From positions 1 through 37,347 of the IMG/VR virus record IMGVR_UViG_3300032237_000071: a stretch of 37,347 bases of DNA, one strand, 5' to 3'. The translations under genes were made by a program, and so were the position numbers. Within the stretch, counting starts at the first letter, position 1, and the number at the start of each line of letters is the position of its first letter. This DNA is from a virus (Duplodnaviria; Caudoviricetes). The notes below the pieces were generated by a model, which worked only from the letters and a program-made list of their open reading frames with translations, was not told the DNA's origin and made no database searches. Shown here in pieces: positions 1-5,695 of this stretch.

Positions 1-123
1 ACATGCATCCTTAAGCTCATCCTGTTTAGGTTTAAAGATGTGTGCTTTAGCACCAAACAATTCAGCTACTTGGTTTGCTGCCGTTTTACCTGGCTCATCG
101 TTATCAAAGCAGATAGTGATACG
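1..123. repeat. Terminal overlap identical to 37225-37347 (circular assembly overlap)
   Basis: ACATGCATCC...GATAGTGATACG occurs at both ends, inside the primase-helicase ORF. Confidence 0.95.
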
Positions 124-714
124 ATCAAAGCTATCAAGGTATTCATAGCTTGCACGACAATCCTTTAGTGCAGCCTGTGCTCCGTTGCGTACTGACACTA
201 CTGGAAACCTAGACCCTGTTAGCTGATATGCTGCAAGTGCGTCAAACTCACCCTCAGTAATCGTAATAGCCTTGCCACCTGGAGTAAACTTGTTCTGTCC
301 GAACAGAGTAGCATGCTTCCAATCACCCTGAATACTGAATGATTTCTCTGCTACACTTCTTACCTTAGCTGCAATTACCTTGCCTGTTGCATCGCAATAG
401 GGAAAGTAGTAATTCTTACCATCAGAACCTGCCCCATAATGGTGCATAGTAGCTGCTGATATACCACGTTCTACAACGTGTACTGCTTCTGTGTTTTTAA
501 ATACCTCTAGCACTGGTTTATAGCCCTCTGGTTGCGTTTGTTTAAAGGAGGTGATACCTAGCCCTTCCAAGTCTTCTATCGTGGCTCTAGGAGCTTTCTC
601 GTGAGTGTGACATACATAACAGAACGTATGCCCATCATCGAATAAAGCATTCCCATCTGAAGACCCACATTTCTGACACTCAATATGCTTTAGGAATGCT
701 GAGTCATTCTTCAT
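1..714 (-). CDS. DNA primase-helicase, N-terminal part (T7 gp4-like Zn finger + TOPRIM); continues at 37224..36301, ~545 aa in total
   Basis: Manual translation from ATG 714: MKNDSAFLKHIECQKCGSSDGNALFDDGHTFCYVC (T7 gp4 Zn-binding motif), ITEGEFDALA, ICFDNDEPG; GGAG RBS upstream; in frame across the junction. Confidence 0.95.
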   Translation of the reverse strand, partial: MKNDSAFLKHIECQKCGSSDGNALFDDGHTFCYVCHTHEKAPRATIEDLEGLGITSFKQTQPEGYKPVLEVFKNTEAVHVVERGISAATMHHYGAGSDGKNYYFPYCDATGKVIAAKVRSVAEKSFSIQGDWKHATLFGQNKFTPGGKAITITEGEFDALAAYQLTGSRFPVVSVRNGAQAALKDCRASYEYLDSFDRITICFDNDEPGKTAANQVAELFGAKAHIFKPKQDELKDAC

Positions 715-874
715 AAGACATCTCCATCTGCTTAACTTCTCTGTTGCAATTCTCTGCAAGCATTTCATAGATATCAATCATCACTCTGTCTACACCATGC
801 TGTTTGACATAATCAACTATGTCACATAGCGTGAAATGATAGTGTGCTTCTTGGTCGTGTTTAAAGCAACTCAT
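704..874 (-). CDS. Hypothetical protein (56 aa, MSCFKHDQ...)
   Basis: ORF track 704..916; ATG 874 preferred because the upstream part lies in the AT-rich repeat/leader. Confidence 0.6.
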   Translation of the reverse strand: MSCFKHDQEAHYHFTLCDIVDYVKQHGVDRVMIDIYEMLAENCNREVKQMEMSYEE

Positions 875-910
875 CTTCTTAGTTCCTATATAGAAAACAT
901 AAATATATAA

Positions 911-940
911 TAACAACTTAAGACTACTTAATACTACTTA
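911..940. repeat. Three phased 10-bp tandem repeats (TAACAACTTA/AGACTACTTA/ATACTACTTA)
   Basis: Read directly; 913-936 matches 5557-5580 at 23 of 24 bp. Confidence 0.85.
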
Positions 941-946
941 GTAGAT

Positions 947-976
947 AGTATACCACAGTTTTGAATAGTCTGTCAA
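947..976 (-). promoter_or_regulatory. sigma70 promoter for the primase/replication operon
   Basis: TTGACA (976-971), 18 bp spacer, TGgTATACT (-10 at 952-947). Confidence 0.75.
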
Positions 977-1173
977 TCATAATTTTCATGATCATAGTCT
1001 TCTGTTGTCTGTTCTTCGTCACCATCGTAGAGGTCATATCGCTCTTCTGATATTAGGTCTTCCTTGATTGTGCTATAACACTTGTTGCACATATCCAGGT
1101 AGTCTCCTGTCGTTACACTCTTACGTGTAGATTCAAAGTCACTTAGTATTTTATCACAACAATAGCATCTCAT
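973..1173 (-). CDS. Small Cys-rich (Zn-finger-like) protein with acidic tail
   Basis: MRCYCC...CNKC; D/E-rich C-terminus. Confidence 0.7.
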   Translation of the reverse strand: MRCYCCDKILSDFESTRKSVTTGDYLDMCNKCYSTIKEDLISEERYDLYDGDEEQTTEDYDHENYD

Positions 1174-1358
1174 ACAATCCCCTGTCTTAAAATTTTATAA
1201 GCCCAATTGAACTTATTGTCTGCGTTCTTACGTTTAAATACCTTAACTGTCTCTATCCTAAAGCATTTGTCGATAGCTGCAAATCCAATCGCTTCGTCCT
1301 TATTACTAAATATTCTAATAACCCCTACTTCATCACTAATCTTATACAGTTTAGTCAT
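1170..1358 (-). CDS. Hypothetical protein (62 aa, MTKLYKIS...)
   Basis: Start moved to ATG 1358, which has a GGAGG RBS and overlaps the end of the upstream gene. Confidence 0.65.
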   Translation of the reverse strand: MTKLYKISDEVGVIRIFSNKDEAIGFAAIDKCFRIETVKVFKRKNADNKFNWAYKILRQGIV

Positions 1359-1956
1359 TAAGTAATCCTCCCCATTGTTGTGCCATTGCATCTGCGATAC
1401 CCTGGAATGTCTTATTACGCATCTTCTCCCTTTCTTTTGGAGGTAGACAAGAGCTATCATAATACCATTGACTCATGCGTTTACCAGACTTAGCAACCCA
1501 CACAGTACCCTTATCTACTACATTAGTAGGTACTAACTTAGGTAGATTCTTTAGCCACAAGCACGTAGCCTTAGTGACACTGTGTCCATACTCCCAAGGG
1601 TTTACAATCTGATCAGGTTTTCTCCACTTGCTGCTCATAATCCCAATAGGATTCTCAATAGCGTACCTAGGAATATTTGAATTAGCTAGTGCCATAAAGA
1701 AATCTATACCTTCTTGCTGCCGTCCGTCTGCAATCTTCTTAGCAAAGTGCCTTGCACCTGATACTGCTAGGTGTGTGCATGGAGGGTGAGCAATCATCAA
1801 ATCCCACCCCTCATTCATAATAGCCAAGACATTCCCTTGATAGTGGTTTCCAGGGGTATCACTAGGCTCTAAATCACAAGACCATGCATCATGCCCTAGT
1901 TTAGTAAAGGCATCCCTTACAGTCCCACTAAATTCACAAGCTACTAATACTTTCAT
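1351..1956 (-). CDS. Phage DNA cytosine-5 methyltransferase-like protein (short type)
   Basis: VLVACEFSG (motif I-like), AHPPCT (catalytic PC), IENP (motif VI), terminal RNKTFQGIADAMA helix. Confidence 0.75.
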   Translation of the reverse strand: MKVLVACEFSGTVRDAFTKLGHDAWSCDLEPSDTPGNHYQGNVLAIMNEGWDLMIAHPPCTHLAVSGARHFAKKIADGRQQEGIDFFMALANSNIPRYAIENPIGIMSSKWRKPDQIVNPWEYGHSVTKATCLWLKNLPKLVPTNVVDKGTVWVAKSGKRMSQWYYDSSCLPPKEREKMRNKTFQGIADAMAQQWGGLLND

Positions 1957-2048
1957 AATCTACCCTCCAGATAACCCATCATAACATGCATTGTGAAATA
2001 AAACAAGGCAAACAATAATAAATATGCAACCATTTTATCTTCATTCAT
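1953..2048 (-). CDS. Small membrane peptide (31 aa, MNEDKMVAYLLLFALFYF...)
   Basis: ATGA overlaps at both ends; one hydrophobic helix. Confidence 0.55.
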   Translation of the reverse strand: MNEDKMVAYLLLFALFYFTMHVMMGYLEGRL

Positions 2049-2113
2049 TCTTTTATTCCTATAAAGTATGCACAAATTAGTAGCAAGATAACCACAGTCC
2101 AATAGCCATTCAT
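2045..2113 (-). CDS. Small membrane peptide (22 aa, MNGYWTVVILLLICAYFIGIKE)
   Basis: TAATG-coupled to the upstream stop and ATGA-coupled downstream; not in the ORF track. Confidence 0.5.
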   Translation of the reverse strand: MNGYWTVVILLLICAYFIGIKE

Positions 2114-2286
2114 TAGTCATCGTCTCCATAATCCTTGACATCTCCGTTAGCTTCTTGATCCCAATATCCGTTTAGATATTCTGTCTCTTGCTCCTTAGTA
2201 AACTCTTTACGGATAGTTATAGGACGTTGGTAATACGCATCTGCACTACCTAGATCATACGGGCTGCCATATTCTTTATTCATCAT
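2113..2286 (-). CDS. Hypothetical protein (57 aa, MMNKEYGSPYDLGSADAYY...)
   Basis: GAGGGAG RBS before ATG 2286; the ORF-track N-terminal extension overlaps another gene. Confidence 0.65.
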   Translation of the reverse strand: MMNKEYGSPYDLGSADAYYQRPITIRKEFTKEQETEYLNGYWDQEANGDVKDYGDDD

Positions 2287-2401
2287 TGTCTTCTCCCTCG
2301 TTATCTTCATCTGTCTCTTCATCATACTCTGATTCATCAAAGTCTTCATCTTCAGGTTCGTAGTAGCCATCATTATAATAGCCGTCACTGTATCGATTCA
2401 T
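2276..2401 (-). CDS. Hyper-acidic 41-aa peptide
   Basis: MNRYSDGYYNDGYYEPEDEDFDESEYDEETDEDNEGEDNDE; GAGGAGG RBS; 21 of 41 residues are D/E. Confidence 0.7.
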   Translation of the reverse strand: MNRYSDGYYNDGYYEPEDEDFDESEYDEETDEDNEGEDNDE

Positions 2402-2570
2402 AGTCTAATTCCTCCTCGCATCCGTTAGTAAACTCTTCACCCTCTACCATCTGCCAATGACCTGACATATCCCAAGCTTTATCTATTGCACTTGCTTCAT
2501 CAATAGCTTCGATTGTAAATTCTTTAGCATAATACTCTACTCTTGATAATGATACTTTAAATGTTTTCAT
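2385..2570 (-). CDS. Small acidic protein, DpnD/PcfM-like pattern
   Basis: MKTFKVSLSRVEYYAKEFTIEAIDEASAIDKA; ATGA coupling at 2567-2570. Confidence 0.6.
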   Translation of the reverse strand: MKTFKVSLSRVEYYAKEFTIEAIDEASAIDKAWDMSGHWQMVEGEEFTNGCEEELDYESIQ

Positions 2571-2725
2571 TTTCCACACTCCTCTTCATGGTTAGTCATA
2601 GAATCTATTTCATCTTTAGTATACACCACAAACCATTTACCATCAATCTCTAAGCATGCATTAGAATACATTTCAGCCTCTATATAAGTACTAAACCATT
2701 CGCCATTACAACAATAATTATTCAT
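2567..2725 (-). CDS. Hypothetical protein (52 aa, MNNYCCNGEWFSTYIEAE...)
   Basis: Manual translation; fills the gap and is coupled to its neighbours. Confidence 0.6.
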   Translation of the reverse strand: MNNYCCNGEWFSTYIEAEMYSNACLEIDGKWFVVYTKDEIDSMTNHEEECGK

Positions 2726-2726
2726 T

Positions 2727-3119
2727 TCAGTCTACCTTAAAAAAGTATTTAACATAAGACCTGGGATTCGGCTTTTGATTATCGTACCATACTCCATCAA
2801 TCAAAGCAAGTGCATGCCTAGATTTTATTACATAATACTTGCCCGTAGGATACATCTTAGCAAACTTAGCAAGCGAGAGTTTTAATTTCGTAGGCATCTG
2901 CCAATTGTTGATAGCCTTCTCTGGAGTACCCTGTTTAAGTACGTTTAAAGCCGTTGTGATCATGCGAACGCTGCTACCCTTACCCCCTACCCTACCATGA
3001 TCCGAAAACGTCTTATAGACCTCATAATAGGGTTTATTGAGCACGATTGACATTGCATTAAGAGCACAATTATTTCTATCCGTACTAGTAATATCTGCTA
3101 ACTGTTTAACGTATTCCAT
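2727..3119 (-). CDS. Putative papain-like (Cys-His-Asp) peptidase-fold protein
   Basis: NNCALNAMSI...YYVIKSRHALALIDGVWYD; GGGAG RBS before ATG 3119. Confidence 0.5.
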   Translation of the reverse strand: MEYVKQLADITSTDRNNCALNAMSIVLNKPYYEVYKTFSDHGRVGGKGSSVRMITTALNVLKQGTPEKAINNWQMPTKLKLSLAKFAKMYPTGKYYVIKSRHALALIDGVWYDNQKPNPRSYVKYFFKVD

Positions 3120-3136
3120 TTTATAGTGCTCCCGTT

Positions 3137-3394
3137 TTAACTGTTCCAAAGGTTTAAGGTTTTATTTTCTTGAGATCTTTTATAGGCATTCTTACCCTCT
3201 GCAATGCCTTGCCCTGATATCTCCCTAATCCATCCCCATCCATGCCAGAATCCATTAGACAATTCTAGGGTGATACTATTCTCACCCCAATAAATCTCGA
3301 TTAGATTTTCCCCGTTGTGCTCTGCCTCTCTGATCTTATCTAATACCTTTTTAGTAGATGGTTTTCTACCTTGAAATTCATATGCATATGACAT
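3137..3394 (-). CDS. Hypothetical protein
   Basis: ORF track; GGAGG RBS. Confidence 0.7.
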   Translation of the reverse strand: MSYAYEFQGRKPSTKKVLDKIREAEHNGENLIEIYWGENSITLELSNGFWHGWGWIREISGQGIAEGKNAYKRSQENKTLNLWNS

Positions 3395-3396
3395 AA

Positions 3397-3561
3397 TTAA
3401 ACCTCCTCCACTAATTCAATTTCACTATTCCCATAATCGCACCAATCCCAATCTAATGCATCCGATTCTAAAGCAATTCTCTCCGCCTCTTCTCTAGAGT
3501 TTGCCTTTACGTTTGCCACTAGATAAGTATATTGTCTAGTTACTATTCTATATTCATTCAT
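3397..3561 (-). CDS. Small acidic protein, DpnD/PcfM-like pattern (54 aa)
   Basis: MNEYRIVTRQYTYLVANVKANSREEAERIALESDALDWDW...; AGGAG RBS; not in the ORF track. Confidence 0.65.
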   Translation of the reverse strand: MNEYRIVTRQYTYLVANVKANSREEAERIALESDALDWDWCDYGNSEIELVEEV

Positions 3562-3578
3562 TTTAATGCTCCTATTGT

Positions 3579-4229
3579 TTACTGTTTAACCGCTAGAATT
3601 TTAATTACCTTAGCCATCTTAACACCATGCGACTTATAGGCTATCAATGGCACGTCTTTATTGTAGCATGATCTGCACCCGTTGCATTTTCCTTCATGCT
3701 CATATGCTCGGCAGATTGTAGCATTGCTTGGCAATTGAGACTCTTCACTAAATATGGTACTAGTGGTAAACCCTGGAATTGCTGCACCCTCTACACTATC
3801 GCTAGAGAATCTCACCACTACATTATCAAGAGCTTGCATTTTAGCTATCACAGAATGGAATTTTTTAAATTTATGCATTCTAGTAGGAATCCAAAATTTT
3901 ACCCATGTAGCTCTAGTGCATAGCTCTAGAATTTTCTCGGCTAACTCTAGAGAATACATATCTCCGCTATCAAAGAATCTGAAATATCTAGAGCTATCAA
4001 GAGCGATAAGCATATCTTCTACCCATTCAGATCTCTGCCAATCTTCTCTATTGTGAATCCTAGGAGCTTTTACATTCGGATAGTTATAATTGCCCGTAGT
4101 GGCATAGCATCCCTTGCATGCATCTACTAATGAGCCGTCTTTATTCTTACTTGCAGGGCAAGTCTCTAGAGCTTGCAGAGACCATGAGAGAATGCCATCT
4201 AGCTTACTTGTTTTCGATAGTTTGATCAT
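3579..4229 (-). CDS. GP88-family / radical-SAM-like Fe-S protein
   Basis: LSKTSKL...TCP...ACKGCYA..GNY, FRFFDSGD, WIPTR, VRFS and C-terminal C-x8-CxxCxxC. Confidence 0.7.
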   Translation of the reverse strand: MIKLSKTSKLDGILSWSLQALETCPASKNKDGSLVDACKGCYATTGNYNYPNVKAPRIHNREDWQRSEWVEDMLIALDSSRYFRFFDSGDMYSLELAEKILELCTRATWVKFWIPTRMHKFKKFHSVIAKMQALDNVVVRFSSDSVEGAAIPGFTTSTIFSEESQLPSNATICRAYEHEGKCNGCRSCYNKDVPLIAYKSHGVKMAKVIKILAVKQ

Positions 4230-4241
4230 GATTGATATTCC

Positions 4242-4529
4242 TTATAGATAACGTTGATGGATATAGATATCTGCTTCTAATGGCATCTGCCTTTTTGTAA
4301 CTGTTCCACCCCATCCATACTTAGACGGGCTTTTATCAGAATATGGCAGAATAGGTTTACGATATTTTACAGTCACAATAGGGAGCTTTTTAGCACCTCT
4401 AGATTTTAATACTTTACGCTTTAATGCTACACCCTTTTTAAGTGATTCTAGAGAGCCAATATCTTGCTTATCGTCTAGCTTGATAGTGCATAGATATGAT
4501 GTAGATTTTGCATTCTTTTTATATGGCAT
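4242..4529 (-). CDS. Basic hypothetical protein
   Basis: ORF track; AAGGAG RBS; Lys-rich. Confidence 0.7.
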   Translation of the reverse strand: MPYKKNAKSTSYLCTIKLDDKQDIGSLESLKKGVALKRKVLKSRGAKKLPIVTVKYRKPILPYSDKSPSKYGWGGTVTKRQMPLEADIYIHQRYL

Positions 4530-4540
4530 GGTAAGACTCC

Positions 4541-4684
4541 TTATTTAACTATTTCAGATGTAAGAATTAAATTATCCTTACTTGTATTGTTTTCGCTGAT
4601 ACATTGTAGAGCGTTTTCTCTGCTCTCGAATGCTCCTAATACTTCGCTTGTATCTTCATTTATTACAATCCATACTAATAGCAT
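4541..4684 (-). CDS. Hypothetical protein (47 aa, MLLVWIVINEDTSEVLGAFESRENA...)
   Basis: Start moved to ATG 4684, after TAAGGAG. Confidence 0.65.
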   Translation of the reverse strand: MLLVWIVINEDTSEVLGAFESRENALQCISENNTSKDNLILTSEIVK

Positions 4685-4695
4685 AATAAGACTCC

Positions 4696-4773
4696 TTATA
4701 GATAGAAAACTACTTGAATGACTAACAGAATTATAGCCGATATTGTGATACATGTATTTAATAAACTCTTCAT
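4696..4773 (-). CDS. First early gene: 25-aa single-helix membrane peptide
   Basis: MKSLLNTCITISAIILLVIQVVFYL; AAGGAG RBS; its stop is fused to the next RBS. Confidence 0.6.
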   Translation of the reverse strand: MKSLLNTCITISAIILLVIQVVFYL

Positions 4774-4804
4774 TCTTATGCTCCTTGTTGTTGATTCATA
4801 CCTT

Positions 4805-4850
4805 ATCTTAACGGATTAAATTCAAATAAGTATACATAGGACAAACCCTA
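4805..4850 (-). promoter_or_regulatory. Candidate early promoter with a 14-bp dyad box TAGG-N6-CCTA (4837-4850)
   Basis: -10-like TAAGAT at 4810-4805, poor -35, dyad centred about 45 bp upstream of the inferred start. Confidence 0.4.
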
Positions 4851-4855
4851 ATACT

Positions 4856-4869
4856 TAAGTAATTGATTT
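4856..4869 (-). promoter_or_regulatory. IHF consensus site
   Basis: Minus strand AAATCAATTACTTA fits WATCAANNNNTTR. Confidence 0.6.
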
Positions 4870-4970
4870 ATAAGGATTTAATACCCTGGCAGCTTGTAGG
4901 GTTATTATTGCATGGTGTTTATTCTCATTAAATTATCAGCTCATTAGATCTCAGCTCTGCTTATCTGGAA

Positions 4971-4987
4971 TGCTTAATATTTAGGCA
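4971..4987. promoter_or_regulatory. Fis-like site
   Basis: TGCTTAATATTTAGGCA fits GNNYAWWWWWTRNNC; near-identical copies at 5249 and 5272. Confidence 0.55.
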
Positions 4988-4990
4988 ATC

Positions 4991-5101
4991 ATCTATATGA
5001 TCTATATCAGTCATATGATCTATATGGTCTAAGTTATTTAGTGTCTAAGTGATGGCTCTAGGTAGTGTCTAGGTAGTCTGTCTAGGTGGTGTCTAAATAG
5101 T
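4991..5101. repeat. Array of nine short degenerate TCTA-core repeats
   Basis: TCTA at 4992, 5001, 5019, 5028, 5044, 5057, 5068, 5081, 5092 (ATCTATATG, GTCTAAGT and TCTAGGTAGT variants). Confidence 0.75.
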
Positions 5102-5248
5102 CTCTTATAGGGTGGTTTACATCCTCTTACACTTGCACAATAAACTCAATAATTCTATTTAATTCTTTTTAGTTTGACGGGGGAGGGGGTTAATTGATTT
5201 AATTTATTAATCAGATGGCTCTCAAACTCACGAGAAGGTAAATTAAGT

Positions 5249-5288
5249 TGCTTAAAAAATAGGCATAATACTGCTTAAATATTAGGCA
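5249..5288. promoter_or_regulatory. Two tandem Fis-like sites
   Basis: TGCTTAAAAAATAGGCA (5249-5265) and TGCTTAAATATTAGGCA (5272-5288). Confidence 0.6.
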
Positions 5289-5313
5289 GTAGGTCTATAC
5301 AATATGTTCAATG

Positions 5314-5327
5314 AAATCAATGACTTA
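5314..5327 (+). promoter_or_regulatory. IHF consensus site (inverted relative to 4856-4869)
   Basis: AAATCAATGACTTA fits WATCAANNNNTTR; 13/14 identical to the other site. Confidence 0.65.
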
Positions 5328-5468
5328 GTATAACTACTCAGCAGTACAACTAAACTATCAATAAAGGGGACAGAGTCAATATAGAAAAGACACTGCGGAA
5401 TACGTGCAAGCTTGTCTCTCCAGACCCGCAGAAGTAGACTACTCCAGGGAACTAATTAAAAATAAAGC

Positions 5469-5497
5469 TTGACAAATTTAATAAGTTATGGTATAAT
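5469..5497 (+). promoter_or_regulatory. Consensus sigma70 promoter of the packaging/structural arm
   Basis: TTGACA, 17 bp spacer, TATAAT with extended TG. Confidence 0.9.
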
Positions 5498-5566
5498 AGT
5501 TGTACTAAGAAGAAGACTAAGTCGAAAAAAACAAAAAGAAATAAAAACAGAGTAAGACAACTTAAG

Positions 5567-5586
5567 ACTACTTAGTACTAAGTAGT
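5567..5586. repeat. Perfect 20-bp palindrome ACTACTTAGTACTAAGTAGT
   Basis: Equals its own reverse complement. Confidence 0.9.
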
Positions 5587-5616
5587 GTGTAGTTTATTAT
5601 TTTTGTTGGTACTTAT

Positions 5617-5663
5617 AGGTATCAATTTGTCTTAGTATTTTATACCTAAAGGTATCAATTTGT
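5617..5663 (+). repeat. 14-bp direct repeat AGGTATCAATTTGT (5617, 5650)
   Basis: Exact copies 33 bp apart. Confidence 0.8.
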
Positions 5664-5695
5664 TCTCTGCGTTAGCAGGTAAAGAAAAGGTTTAA

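Noticed and set aside
1-123. 123-bp end repeat as the biological direct terminal repeat
   Set aside because: It falls inside the primase-helicase ORF, which reads through the junction; it is best explained as an assembly overlap
2287-2388. Met-rich N-terminal extension of ORF 2113..2388
   Set aside because: It is the off-frame reading of the acidic peptide gene's GAT/GAA codons
3696-4056. Plus-strand ORFs opposite the GP88-like gene (and similar shadow ORFs over terL, portal, capsid, RNR and pol)
   Set aside because: Fully overlap well-supported genes and have no independent motifs
4991-5288. CRISPR or mini-CRISPR array
   Set aside because: Repeats are short and degenerate with no regular unique spacers, and no cas genes are present
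4774-5695. attP site, lysogeny switch or tRNA gene in the non-coding region
   Set aside because: No integrase or repressor recognised despite the IHF/Fis sites, and no cloverleaf or T-loop motif seen
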